Source: Eledone cirrhosa (Eukaryota). Taken from it: 64,000 nucleotides of DNA. Where the stretch lies: contig OZ024742.1 of the NCBI GenBank assembly GCA_964016885.1, positions 22,010,001-22,074,000 of the forward strand, written 5' to 3'. The notes beneath the pieces are model-generated. The model was given only the letters and a program-made list of their open reading frames with translations. It ran no database searches and was not told where the DNA came from. Positions 17,854 to 33,609 of this stretch are shown here, one piece after another (the stretch's first letter is position 1; every line of letters starts with the position of its first letter). A program made the position numbers and the translations under genes.

Positions 17854-19066
17854 CTCTTTTACTCTTTTACCTGTTTCAGCCGTCCGGCTGAGGCCATGCT
17901 GGGGCACCGCCCTTGTTGCTACACATTTTATCTCCAGCCTGTACAGGTTGGCCACTGGTGTAGGAGGGAGTTTGTTGCTGCTGCCCTTAGGTTTCCCTCG
18001 TGTCTTGCTGTGGGCTCATCCGGGATCCTGGATAACAAGGTGTCGAGATGTTTCTTAAAGACATCCACCTCCACGTCATGCAAGTCTCGCAGATGCCTCG
18101 GCAGCTTGTTGAAGAGTTGAGGGCCCTTGAATCCCAGGCTATTGCAATACCTGCTCCTTATTCTAGATGTGGAAGACGGGACCTTTGGCACCACACAGTG
18201 ATGTCCTGTTCGACGGTTGATCCAGCTCCCAATGCCAAAGTTTGGTGCTAGTCCCTCCAGGATTTTCCACATGTAGATCACTGCGTATCTCTCCCGTCTT
18301 CGCTCCAAGGAGTAGAGGTTCAGTTCCTTCAGCCTCTCCCAGTAGCTTGTCTCCCTCATCTTGGCAATCCTCTTGGTGTAGCTTCGCTGGATTGCCTCAA
18401 GCTCTGTGGTTAGTTTGACACTATGGGGTGACCACAGCTGGGAGCAGTAGTCCAGGCGGCTTAGGACAAAAGTCCTCCACAGTGTCAACATGGTGTCTCG
18501 ATCTCTTGTAAGGAAAGTCCTCAAGATCCAGCCAGCGAATCGTCTACATGCTGTCGCCACCTTCATGATGTGTGAAGAAAAAGATGCATCATCGCTCATG
18601 TCTATGCCCAGGTCTCGTATCAATTTTGACACGGGGATATCGGTCCCTCCTGGTCCTGTGTAGCTGTGTTCCGCTATATTTGTGTTTGTGTTTGCAGGTT
18701 TGTATTGTAGGGCTTGGAATTTGCCAGCATTAAACTGCATGTTGTTTTCTTCCGCCCATCTGTATATGGCATCCAGATCCTGCTGTAAGAGGGCAGCGTC
18801 AGCCGGGTTTTTGATTTCCTGTGCTACCTTAGTGTCATCAGCATAGCTAGTGAGGGATGTTGTTGCATGCACCACAGAGGGCATGTCCGAGAGAGCCACC
18901 AAAAGCAGTAGTGGTCCCAGGACTGTCCCCTGAGGCACCCCCACTTGTTATCGGTGTTTCCCTCGAGAGGGCCCCATTTGCTGCGACTGCCTGGCTTCTG
19001 TCCCTTAGGAAGCCATGCAGCCACTCACCTACTTTTCCAGTTATGCCGAGTCCGTGTAGTTTGTGA
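17853..19066 (-). mobile_element. CR1-type LINE 3' fragment (RT domain, one frameshift)
   Basis: [19 protein letters not shown], frameshift, [63 protein letters not shown]; (GTAAAAGA)n tail. Confidence 0.92.
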
Positions 19067-19071
19067 TATGT

Positions 19072-19116
<45 letters not shown>

Positions 19117-19211
19117 TATATACATATACATACATATATATATACATATATATATACATATATATATACATATACATACATATATATATATAAATATATA
19201 TATATACATAC

Positions 19212-19243
<32 letters not shown>

Positions 19244-19279
19244 ATACATATACATATATATATACACATATATATATAC

Positions 19280-19330
<51 letters not shown>

Positions 19331-19545
19331 CATATATATATACATATATATATACATATACATACATATATATATACATATATATATACATACATATATA
19401 TATACATATATATATACATATATATATACATACATATATATATACATATATATATACATATATATATACATATATATATACATATATATATACATATATA
19501 CATATATATATACATACATATATATATATACATACATATATATAT
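19067..19545. repeat. (TA)n/(TACA)n microsatellite
   Basis: Directly visible. Confidence 0.95.
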
Positions 19546-19850
19546 GGTGGCTGCCAACTCGTTTTCGAGTACGGCCACTACTTTATATCCATGTAGGAGA
19601 ACCCCTACCGATGCACTGAACGAGTGTGACTTTTTAGTCCAGCCAGTGACTTGAAAACTGTTACAAACACTACACTTGTGACAATTATTGACACATAGTG
19701 CTTTGCCTTTGGTACCATGTGACGACAAGTGCAGAGAGATCTCCAGATATAAAGCAATGCCTGTGCCGTGAAGCTTTTATAGTGAGCAAAGGCACTGCAC
19801 AAAGCCAGTCCCACTCTCTTAACCAAGATGATATTTACCAAGATGATATT
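19546..19850 (-). mobile_element. 3' part of an RTE-derived element (same family as 45602-46215)
   Basis: Near-identical to 45602-45905. C2H2-like end [19 protein letters not shown], with a frameshift. Confidence 0.75.
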
Positions 19851-20457
19851 TACATACATATATATATATACATACATATATATATATATATATACATATG
19901 TATATATAGATACATATATATATATACATACATATATATATATACATATATATATATACATACATATATATATATATACATACATATATATATATACATA
20001 TATATATACATACATATATATATATACATATATATATACATACATATATATATATACATACATATATATATACATATATATATACACATATATATATACA
20101 TACATATATATATATATACATACATATATATATATATACATACATACATATATATATATATACATACATACATATATATATATACATACATACATATACA
20201 TACATACATATACATACATACATATACATACATACATATATATACATATATATACATACATATATATACATATATATACATACATATATATATATATACA
20301 CATATATATACATACATATATATTATATATACACATATATATACATACATATATATATACATACATATATATATATATATACATATATATACATACATAT
20401 ATATATATACATATATATACATACATATATATATATACATATTTTTATACATACATA

Positions 20458-20498
<41 letters not shown>

Positions 20499-20584
20499 AT
20501 ACATATATATATACATACATATATATATATACATACATATATATATACATATATATATATACATACATATATATATCTACATAC

Positions 20585-20629
<45 letters not shown>

Positions 20630-20851
20630 CATATATATATATATACATACATATATATATATACATACATATATATATATATACATACATATATATATAT
20701 ACATATATATATACATACATATATATATATACATACATATATATATATACATACATACATATATATACATACATACATAATATATATATATACATACATA
20801 TATATATATACATACATATATATATATACATACATATATATATATACATAC

Positions 20852-20884
<33 letters not shown>

Positions 20885-21097
20885 CATACATATATATATA
20901 TACATACATACATATATATATATATACATACATACATATATATACATACATACATATATATATATATACATACATACATATATATATATATATACATACA
21001 TACATACATTAGATATACATACATACATATACATACATACATACATATATACATACATACATATATATATATACATACATATATATATATACATACA

Positions 21098-21143
<46 letters not shown>

Positions 21144-21192
21144 CATATATATACATACATACATATATATATATACATATATATATATATAC

Positions 21193-21226
<34 letters not shown>

Positions 21227-21278
21227 ATATATACATATAGACATATATATACATATATATATATATACATATAGACAT

Positions 21279-21309
<31 letters not shown>

Positions 21310-21424
21310 GACATATATATACATACATATATATATATACATACATATATATATATACATATATATATATACATATATATATATACATATATATATATAC
21401 ATATATATATACATATATATATAC

Positions 21425-21479
<55 letters not shown>

Positions 21480-21495
21480 CATACATACATACATA
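19851..21495. repeat. 1.6-kb (TA)n/(TACA)n microsatellite, followed by an RTE-type 3' tail remnant at about 21498-21550 (-)
   Basis: Directly visible; catcatcgtttaacgtccg...gcatgggtttggacgg is a tail. Confidence 0.9.
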
Positions 21496-21949
21496 TTATC
21501 ATCATCATCGTTTAACGTCCGTGTTCCACGCTTGCATGGGTTTGGACGGGAGTTTTCCCACTTGAGGCAAGAGTGATTGTCTTGCTCGCAATGGCACCCT
21601 TCAAACTTTCAAGTCATATACAAGTGCATATATTTTATGCAGTCGATGCATAAAAACAATGTGTCTAATATTTAGTCAGGTGGTAAGGAATGCTAGAGAG
21701 TTAGGCTCCCTTGTTGTTTTCTTCAGCATTGAATATAGTAGACTAATTTCATATGCCATGACATATAAACATTATCTGAAGGTTTTCATGTTTATACATT
21801 CACAGCAATATTTAGTGTTCTGGGCTTCTTTCCTTTGTTTTAGTAATAACAGACAAGACACAGCTGGAGCAACACTTTCATGTCTCCATAATCATCATCA
21901 TGAGTCATCCCTTCATCGAAGGGGAAGCATTCATTTTGCTTTTTTCTAA

Positions 21950-22400
21950 TGGCTCACCACACCTACATACTCATGGATTTCTCCACCAACTGAAGCAGTT
22001 GTACCAACCCATTGTCAAATTAATAGTTGATCATCTGTGAAGCCACAGGTGTTCACTATGCCAAGGTAATCTAATTAAACTGTTGATCATTGCATGAGCT
22101 AATGCTTACTATGAGACAAGCAGGGTTTTTATCGAGGCTTACTCCTCTAGATGAAACCTGTTCTGCAAGACTATCCTATGATAGTCATATCAGAGACAAC
22201 TCTTGTAGGATGTGACTTTTCACTACACAATTTCCATCAATGTAACATTATTTTGGGAGATATATTATTAAATATAAGAAGGAAGCTATGGAAAATCGAT
22301 GCTTATTTTTCAATGTTGCTGTTACAAAAAATGTACCAAGCACACTCTGTATGATGGCTGGCATTTGGAAAGGTCTCCAGTTATATAAACCAAGGCAAAT
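21950..22400 (+). pseudogene. Possible heavily decayed non-LTR retrotransposon C-terminus (CCHC knuckle remnant)
   Basis: CSLCQG...(frameshift)TVDHCMS*C at about 22050-22106; no intact ORF. Confidence 0.3.
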
Positions 22401-22432
22401 ATAGAACATAACAAATAAGATTAGACAATCCA

Positions 22433-22517
22433 ACTAATCTGGACCATGGACAACCTATCTGGACCGTGACAACCTATCTGGACCATGACGACCTATCTGG
22501 ACCATGACGACCTATCC
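22433..22517. repeat. 20-bp tandem repeat, about 4 copies
   Basis: Unit acctatctggaccatgac(g/a)a. Confidence 0.85.
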
Positions 22518-24907
22518 AACCCATTCCAACATAGTTGATGAATATGAAATCTTGAAGGAAAGGACTGTGTCCATGGCCCTCTATTTTTTTTTAGGGCTTC
22601 TGAGACTGGTAAGAGGAGAGAAAGCTATCCTCAAACCAAGGACCTGGCCCAAATTTAGCAATGAAAGTAAATTCCAGTAAAGACATCCCTAGACCTATCT
22701 ATGGTGTTAAGCCAGGTGAAGGATTAAGTCTACTACACAGTTGTATCTATGGCCTCTTAGTTGAGCAAAAACCTTAGTTGTTTAGTGGCCAACAATGGAT
22801 TTAAGAAGGAATAGGATAGCCTGTTAATTTATTCAGATAGTTCCTTAAATATGTCAGAAGTAGGTTATTAGGGAATTATACATAAATAGAAGATCAGATC
22901 TTAATTCCAATTTAACCACTTCAGCTATTTGTGTTCTGTATATTAATTTGTGTTCTGTATATTAAACAAAGAAATAACTGAGTGATTAAAAAGATTACTT
23001 CACAATCATGAATCCCAGATACAATCATCCTATGTGGAATCATGGACAAATGTTTTATCATCCAATCCGATCCAGGGCCTTCTCACTCCTAGTGGAACTC
23101 CTCCCTGGTTGACCTCCATTACTTTCTTTTTGATGTTAATTGGAGCTACTGATCTCTCATTTGGGCCAAGAGCCCATTTCTCTCTTACAAATCTTCCCAC
23201 ACAATATGCCTCCTGCATTTTATCATGCACCAGACACAGTAGAGGCTGTCATATCTTTGACACAGCTGAAGAGTACCTCAGAGGTCTAGATTAATATTAT
23301 TATAACACTCACTCCCACATCATCCAGGTTCATTTATATCTATTTCTATTTATATTACTTAAAACACCTGACAACTAATCATATAATTTTGTTGGTACTC
23401 AGTACTGGTGGTAATGATATTGGTGGTGATGATGATGACGATGATGTGATGGTCATGATGACGATAGTAGTATGGTGATGATGGTCATGATGATAGTGGT
23501 GATGGTCATGATGATAGTGGTGGTTGTCATGATGACAATGGTGGTGGTGGTGGTGATAGTGGTGATGATGATGGTGGTGATGAAATTTTCCTACAGAAGT
23601 ATTAGTTTTATAAATACATCTTGCAAAAACATTCAGTATATTATTTTGTGATCTCTGGGGTTCTTCTATAGAGTAGGGATCAGTGGTTGAGGTGTGGAAT
23701 AATATAGGAAACCATGGACATCAGTCCATATACATCATCTATTCAGTAATTCCAAAAAATATTTGGGTGAATTTTGATTAAAAAATCTGATTTGAATCCA
23801 TAAAAAATATTTTCTAAGTTTGTAAAAATGTATAACGATAAAATAAGTTATGACAATAATTAAATTGTCTAAATTTACAATTAATTCATGATTTAGATTC
23901 AATGATTATCATCTTATAGTTTTTTTAAGAGTGAAAACTTATATTAACCTAAATTATATCAACACAGCTTTAGTTGTTTTTTCTTTGTGTGTCTGTGTTA
24001 AAAGATGATAAACATTGACAAGATTCTTCTCCATTACCTCATAATAAGTTTTAAAATATTAGTAGAATGGATGAATTGAAAAATATGGAGGAGTTACAAC
24101 TGTGTCAATAGACAAAATAATATATTGTTAGATATACATAAAAATACAGTTTAAAAGGTTTTAAATAATTTCAAATAATTAAAATTCATTTAAAAATTTA
24201 CCATTAATTAATAATTTGGATTTAAATTAAAATCGAGATTCAATGATATTATCTTATAGTTTTTTGTTGTGGTTTTTCGTTTTGTTTTTTATGGGTCCTT
24301 AACTCCTGATGAAGTTGTAGGGGATCCATGTCCTGGGCATTTCAACCTAGTGGAGATTGTCTCTCTCTCTATGTTAGAACATAGTTGATTTCTTCCAGAC
24401 AGAGGTGAGATAAAGAAGGAAGAATCAACCCCGTACAGGTCTGGTGTTTTATTTATCGAAACCCGAAAGGATCAAGACCCGAAATTTGGAACAAATACTG
24501 CGAAATATTCTATCCAAGGTTCTAACAACTCTGCTAAATTTCTGCCTTTTATCTCGTTATAAAAAATTGTAAAAATATTTCATCAAATTGAGGATTCTGA
24601 CTTTTGAGTTAAAGAAATGTCAGTCCTAAAGAAAATAAGAAGAGAGATTCAATTTTTCTATTTTCAGTTGCCATGTAAAAATAAAACACACAGGAGGGAG
24701 ATTCCATTATCAAAACTGGCAAACACAGCAACAGGGAGAGATCATTTACCCAGAGTTGTCCAATACAGGGAGAATATCTTAGCCATTGTATTGTTAGTTG
24801 TATGAGAGGGAGCTGTCAGTTATCTCCGTTGACCACCTCAGTAACTAGAAGACGTCAGCAACCACATATGTCACAATGTCACAAGGGAACTCCTTATAAT
24901 GTGCCAG

Positions 24908-25026
24908 TTAACATTGTGATAAAGTCAATTCTTTATCAGCTGCTAGAGCTTCAGGACAATGATACATAACTTTAGCAACCAGTTTCTCAATGTAGTTCTT
25001 CATGTCGGCATTTTCCTGACGAAGAG
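24908..25026 (-). CDS. Terminal coding exon with a FIP-RBD (Rab11-FIP / ERC1-type C-terminal) motif
   Basis: Strong acceptor ttatttttctcttcctcCAG, phase 1. Encodes (A)LRQENADMKNYIEKLVAKVMYHCPEALAADKELTLSQC*, resembling the YID-LL--VME--P-IL signature of Rab11-FIPs and the DHCPDIL tail of ERC1. Confidence 0.8.
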
Positions 25027-25143
25027 CTGGAGGAAGAGAAAAATAACTTTCAGTAAATCAGTTAAAATATTGGATTTCAAGACAAAATTACAGCTACATC
25101 AACACACACACACACACAACCGAAGAGGTAGAGAGAGAGAGAG

Positions 25144-25180
<37 letters not shown>

Positions 25181-25747
25181 GTTATACTTGGGGAGGATCA
25201 TATTGTTGTAATAATATTGCCCGAAATAATAACAGAACACACTCACTGTTTGGTTGGTTGGTTTTCGCTTCTGTATCTTCTATATCTCCATAGTTAATTT
25301 ATTTGGCAATCAACGTTTATCATTGATTGACCAACGTTAAAAATACAGATATAAATACATATATATAGTCTATCAAAGTTCTTTCGTTGCACATCTGCAA
25401 CATCATCAGTGGTACTATTATGTTCCCTCATATTGTATTGTCATGTCCACACTATTTTTATTTTATTTTATTTATTTATATATATATATAATATATGTAT
25501 ATATGCAAAAGGAAAACAAAAATAACAAAGCAAACAACACAGTGCAACAAAGAAATATATTATTAGTTTTATGCTTGATATAGTAGGAAAAGAATCTTAA
25601 CGTTTTGGACATTAGTCTTTCATTAGAAGATAGAATGAGAAATAAAAGAAGAAATAGAAAGATTGAGAAGACTGGCAGGGTGGAAACAGAAACACTGAAT
25701 TACAAAAGTGAACATTCAAATTTAGACCACATGCAGCACACATATAT

Positions 25748-26081
25748 CATCATCATCATCATTTTACGTCCGCTTTACCCTGCTTGCAAGGGTGGGACAG
25801 GAACTGATTCTGGCTTGATTTCTACAGCTGGATCCCCTTCGTAACACCAACCTCATTTACAGTGAGTGGTGGGTGGTTTTTTGCCGTGGCACCTCCACGA
25901 CCACTTTGCAGTGGAATGATAGGGACCCCAGTCCCATCATCTCATTTCTATAGCTGAGTAAACTGGAGCAATGTGAAATAAAGTGTCTTGCTCAAGGAAA
26001 CAACACATCACCCGGTCTGAGAATTGAACTCACAACCTTTCGATTACAAGGCCAATGCTCTAACCTCTAAGCCAAGTGCCT

Positions 26082-26083
<2 letters not shown>
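25748..26083 (-). mobile_element. CORE-type tRNA SINE with RTE-shared tail
   Basis: Reverse complement of the 53284-53620 family. Confidence 0.88.
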
Positions 26084-26169
<86 letters not shown>

Positions 26170-26865
26170 TAAAATTAGAAATATAAGCTATCGCCGTATT
26201 TTGACTAAAGAAATTAAAGAAATTATTTAGCCTGATAGTGGGGTTAAGAACCCTCGGAGAAATGGAAATAGCTGAGTATTGACGTACGGCGATAGCTCAT
26301 ATTTCTAATTTCAAACTCGCTGTTTCGAAAATATTCTTACTATATATATTACAAAGTGTCGTAACCCTAAAAGCGGAGCTCCTGTCATTTCAACAGCAGT
26401 TATATATATGATTGCTAATATAGACACAAGGCCAGTAATTTGGGGGAGGGGAAATCGATTAAAGTGACCCCAGTGCATTACTGGTACTTTATTCTATCGA
26501 CCCTGTAAGGATGAAAGGCAATGTTAACCTCAGGGAGATTTGAACTCCGACCGTAAAGGGCCGTAACTCTATGCTGACAGCAGTTATATATAATGAGACC
26601 TTAATGGAGGTATACCTAGGAAGATATGGGTTGAAATGATGAAGACTAACCTTAGCAAGCTGAACCTCACAACAGAGACGGCAAAGGACTGTGATGGTTA
26701 GTGGAGACAACTGGTATAGAAATAAGATGCCCGGCCCAGTATGGCTCTAATTTCTGCCATGGTATTTGTGTAATGTATACGTTATTATATACCTTCCCCC
26801 ATGAATACATTGTCTACGGAGTTGTGATGTGGCCTGTTCATATTATAGCTCTTTAGTAACATTAT

Positions 26866-29800
26866 TCATCATCACAACACCCTCTAGACAATACTACAAT
26901 ATAGCACCATCATCACAATACCCTCTAGTCAATACTACAATATAGCACCATCATCACAACACCCTCTAGTCAATACTACAATATAGCACCATCATCACAA
27001 TACACTCTAGTCAATACTACAATATAGCACCATCATCACAACACCCTCTAGTCAATACTACAATATAACACCATCATCACAACACCCTCTAGTCAATACT
27101 ACAATATAGCACCATCATCACAACACCCTCTAGTCAATACTACAATATAGCACCATCATCACAACACCCTCTAGACAATACTACAATATAGCACCATCAT
27201 CACAATACACTCTAGTCAATACTACAATATAGCACCATCATCACAACACCCTCTAGACAATACTACAATATAGCACCATCATCACAATACACTCTAGTCA
27301 ATACTACAATATAGCACCATCATCACAACACCCTCTAGACAATACTACAATATAGCACCATCATCACAATACACTCTAGTCAATACTACAATATAGCACC
27401 ATCATCACAATACACTCTAGTCAATACTACAATATAGCACCATCATCACAACACCCTCTAGTCAATACTACAATATAGCACCATCATCACAACACCCTCT
27501 AGACAATACTACAATATAGCACCATCATCACAATACACTCTAGTCAATACTACAATATAGCACCATCATCACAATACCCTCTAGTCAATACTACAATATA
27601 GCACCATCATCACAACACCCTCTAGTCAATACTACAATATAGCACCATCATCACAACACCCTCTAGTCAATACTACAATATAACACCATCATCACAACAC
27701 CCTCTAGACAATACTACAATATAGCACCATCATCACAATACACTCTAGTCAATACTACAATATAACACCCTCATCACAACACTCTCTAGTCAATACTACA
27801 ATATAACACCATCATCACAACACCCTCTAGTCAATACTACAATATAGCACCATCATCACAACACCCTCTAGTCAATACTACAATATAGCACCATCATCAC
27901 AACACCCTCTAGTCAATACTACAATATAGCACCATCATCACAATACACTCTAGTCAATACTACAATATAGCACCATCATCACAATACACTCTAGTCAATA
28001 CTACAATATAGCACCATCATCACAACACCCTCTAGTCAATACTACAATATAACACCATCATCACAACACCCTCTAGACAATACTACAATATAGCACCATC
28101 ATCACAATACCCTCTAGTCAATACTACAATATAGCACCATCATCACAACACCCTCTAGTCAATACTACAATATAACACCATCATCACAACACCCTCTAGT
28201 CAATACTACAATATAACACCATCATCACAACACCCTCTAGTCAATACTACAATATAGCACCATCATCACAATACACTCTAGTTAATACTACAATATAGCA
28301 CCATCATCACAACACCCTCTAGTCAATACTACAATATAACACCATCATCACAACACCCTCTAGTCAATACTACAATATAGCACCATCATCACAATACACT
28401 CTAGTCAATACTACAATATAGCACCATCATCACAACACCCTCTAGTCAATACTACAATATAACACCATCATCACAACACCCTCTAGTCAATACTACAATA
28501 TAACACCATCATCAAAATACACTCTAGTCAATACTACAATATAGCACCATCATCACAATACCCTCTAGTCAATACTACAATATAACACCATCATCACAAC
28601 ACTCTCTAGTCAATACTACAATATAACACCCTCATCACAATACACTCTAGTCAATACTACAATATAGCACCATCATCACAACACCCTCTAGTCAATACTA
28701 CAATATAGCACCATCATCACAACACCCTCTAGTCAATACTACAATATAGCACCATCATCACAACACCCTCTAGTCAATACTACAATATAGCACCATCATC
28801 ACAACACCCTCTAGTCAATACTACAATATAACACCATCATCACAACACCCTCTAGACAATACTACAATATAGCACCATCATCACAATACACTCTAGTCAA
28901 TACTACAATATAACACCCTCATCACAACACTCTCTAGTCAATACTACAATATAACACCATCATCACAACACCCTCTAGTCAATACTACAATATAGCACCA
29001 TCATCACAACACCCTCTAGTCAATACTACAATATAGCACCATCATCACAACACCCTCTAGTCAATACTACAATATAGCACCATCATCACAATACACTCTA
29101 GTCAATACTACAATATAGCACCATCATCACAATACACTCTAGTCAATACTACAATATAGCACCATCATCACAACACCCTCTAGTCAATACTACAATATAA
29201 CACCATCATCACAACACCCTCTAGACAATACTACAATATAGCACCATCATCACAATACCCTCTAGTCAATACTACAATATAGCACCATCATCACAACACC
29301 CTCTAGTCAATACTACAATATAACACCATCATCACAACACCCTCTAGTCAATACTACAATATAACACCATCATCACAACACCCTCTAGTCAATACTACAA
29401 TATAGCACCATCATCACAATACACTCTAGTCAATACTACAATATAGCACCATCATCACAACACCCTCTAGTCAATACTACAATATAACACCATCATCACA
29501 ACACCCTCTAGTCAATACTACAATATAGCACCATCATCACAATACACTCTAGTCAATACTACAATATAGCACCATCATCACAACACCCTCTAGTCAATAC
29601 TACAATATAACACCATCATCACAACACCCTCTAGTCAATACTACAATATAACACCATCATCACAATACACTCTAGTCAATACTACAATATAGCACCATCA
29701 TCACAATACCCTCTAGTCAATACTACAATATAACACCATCATCACAACACTCTCTAGTCAATACTACAATATAACACCCTCATCACAATACACTCTAGTC

Positions 29801-32800
29801 AATACTACAATATAGCACCATCATCACAACACCCTCTAGTCAATACTACAATATAGCACCATCATCACAACACCCTCTAGTCAATACTACAATATAGCAC
29901 CATCATCACAACACCCTCTAGTCAATACTACAATATAGCACCATCATCACAACACCCTCTAGTCAATACTACAATATAACACCATCATCACAACACCCTC
30001 TAGTCAATACTACAATATAACACCATCATCACAACACCCTCTAGTCAATACTACAATATAACACCATCATCACAACACCCTCTAGTCAATACTACAATAT
30101 AGCACCATCATCACAACACCCTCTAGTCAATACTACAATATAGCACCATCATCACAACACCCTCTAGTCAATACTACAATATAGCACCATCATCACAACA
30201 CCCTCTAGTCAATACTACAATATAGCACCATCATCACAACACCCTCTAGTCAATACTACAATATAGCACCATCATCACAACACCCTCTAGTCAATACTAC
30301 AATATAGCACCATCATCACAATACCCTCTAGTCAATACTACAATATAACACCATCATCACAACACTCTCTAGTCAATACTACAATATAACACCCTCATCA
30401 CAATACACTCTAGTCAATACTACAATATAGCACCATCATCACAACACCCTCTAGTCAATACTACAATATAGCACCATCATCACAATACCCTCTAGTCAAT
30501 ACTACAATATAACACCATCATCACAACACTCTCTAGTCAATACTACAATATAACACCCTCATCACAATACACTCTAGTCAATACTACAATATAGCACCAT
30601 CATCACAACACCCTCTAGTCAATACTACAATATAGCACCATCATCACAACACCCTCTAGTCAATACTACAATATAGCACCATCATCACAACACCCTCTAG
30701 TCAATACTACAATATAGCACCATCATCACAACACTCTCTAGTCAATACTACAATATAACACCATCATCACAACACCCTCTAGTCAATACTACAATATAAC
30801 ACCATCATCACAACACTCTCTAGTCAATACTACAATATAACACCATCATCACAATACACTCTAGTCAATACTACAATATAGCACCATCATCACAACACCC
30901 TCTAGTCAATACTACAATATAGCACCATCATCACAACACCCTCTAGTCAATACTACAATATAGCACCATCATCACAACACCCTCTAGTCAATACTACAAT
31001 ATAGCACCATCATCACAACACTCTCTAGTCAATACTACAATATAACACCATCATCACAACACCCTCTAGTCAATACTACAATATAACACCATCATCACAA
31101 CACCCTCTAGTCAATACTACAATATAACACCATCATCACAATACACTCTAGTCAATACTACAATATAACACCATCATCACAACACCCTCTAGTCAATACT
31201 ACAATATAACACCATCATCACAATACACTCTAGTCAATACTACAATATAACACCATCATCACAACACCCTCTAGTCAATACTACAATATAACACCATCAT
31301 CACAACACCCTCTAGTCAATACTACAATATAACACCATCATCACAATACACTCTAGTCAATACTACAATATAACACCATCATCACAACACCCTCTAGTCA
31401 ATACTACAATATAACACCATCATCACAACACTCTCTAGTCAATACTACAATATAGCACCATCATCACAACACTCTCTAGTCAATACTACAATATAACACC
31501 ATCATCACAACACCCTCTAGTCAATACTACAATATAGCACCATCATCACAACACCCTCTAGTCAATACTACAATATAACACCATCATCACAACACCCTCT
31601 AGTCAATACTACAATATAACACCATCATCACAACACCCTCTAGTCAATACTACAATATAACACCATCATCACAATACACTCTAGTCAATACTACAATATA
31701 GCACCATCATCACAACACCCTCTAGTCAATACTACAATATAACACCATCATCACAACACCCTCTAGTCAATACTACAATATAACACCATCATCACAACAC
31801 CCTCTAGTCAATACTACAATATAACACCATCATCACAACACCCTCTAGTCAATACTACAATATAACACCATCATCACAACACCCTCTAGTCAATACTACA
31901 ATATAACACCATCATCACAACACCCTCTAGTCAATACTACAATATAACACCATCATCACAACACCCTCTAGTCAATACTACAATATAACACCATCATCAC
32001 AACACCCTCTAGTCAATACTACAATATAACACCATCATCACAACACCCTCTAGTCAATACTACAATATAACACCATCATCACAATACCCTCTAGTCAATA
32101 CTACAATATAGCACCATCATCACAATACCCTCTAGTCAATACTACAATATAACACCATCATCACAATACACTCTAGTCAATACTACAATATAGCACCATC
32201 ATCACAACACCCTCTAGTCAATACTACAATATAACACCATCATCACAATACCCTCTAGTCAATACTACAATATAGCACCATCATCACAACACCCTCTAGT
32301 CAATACTACAATATAACACCATCATCACAATACCCTCTAGTCAATACTACAATATAGCACCATCATCACAACACCCTCTAGTCAATACTACAATATAACA
32401 CCATCATCACAACACCCTCTAGTCAATACTACAATATAACACCATCATCACAACACCCTCTAGTCAATACTACAATATAACACCATCATCACAACACCCT
32501 CTAGTCAATACTACAATATAGCACCATCATCACAACACCCTCTAGTCAATACTACAATATAACACCATCATCACAATACACTCTAGTCAATACTACAATA
32601 TAACACCATCATCACAACACCCTCTAGTCAATACTACAATATAGCACCATCATCACAACACCCTCTAGTCAATACTACAATATAGCACCATCATCACAAC
32701 ACCCTCTAGTCAATACTACAATATAACACCATCATCACAACACCCTCTAGTCAATACTACAATATAACACCATCATCACAACACCCTCTAGTCAATACTA

Positions 32801-33230
32801 CAATATAACACCATCATCACAACACCCTCTAGTCAATACTACAATATAACACCATCATCACAACACCCTCTAGTCAATACTACAATATAGCACCATCATC
32901 ACAACACCCTCTAGTCAATACTACAATATAACACCATCATCACAATACACTCTAGTCAATACTACAATATAACACCATCATCACAACACCCTCTAGTCAA
33001 TACTACAATATAACACCATCATCACAACACCCTCTAGTCAATACTACAATATAGCACCATCATCACAACACCCTCTAGTCAATACTACAATATAGCACCA
33101 TCATCACAACACCCTCTAGTCAATACTACAATATAACACCATCATCACAACACCCTCTAGTCAATACTACAATATAACACCATCATCACAACACCCTCTA
33201 GTCAATACTACAATATAACACCATCATCAC
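26866..33230. repeat. 41-bp minisatellite, about 155 copies (6.4 kb), in the last intron of the host gene
   Basis: Unit caccatcatcacaa(c/t)ac(c/a)ctctag(t/a)caatactacaatata(g/a); 41-nt period checked at 26881/26922. Confidence 0.97.
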
Positions 33231-33572
33231 ATAGTAGACTTCAACTCTGACCCATCCATCCCCAAACCCTCCATCACTCTTTAGTAACTATTCTCATCAT
33301 CACTCTACCCCTCCCTTCTATCCTAGATCACTACCCACTCATATCACTGTTAAATCCCCCCACACCCATCTTAATCTTCAATTTTGTCAAGAACATGACA
33401 ATCTCCCTAGTACAGGTGCTTTGATAAATTGCACCAAGTACACTCTGCAAATTGCTTGGTGATAGGAAACTAATTTCTTCCAGAGAGAAAGAGAGAGATT
33501 GATAGATCAGTGGGGTAAGAGAGAGACACAGACATAGTGTTAGAGAGAGAGAGAGAGTGAGTGTTAGACAGT

Positions 33573-33609
<37 letters not shown>

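Noticed and set aside
24306-24345. CTGATGA hammerhead core
   Set aside because: No stem II followed by GAAA; part of a dispersed repeat also seen near 36421.
26866-33230. CRISPR-like regular array
   Set aside because: Contiguous 41-bp units with no unique spacers and no cas genes; eukaryotic context.
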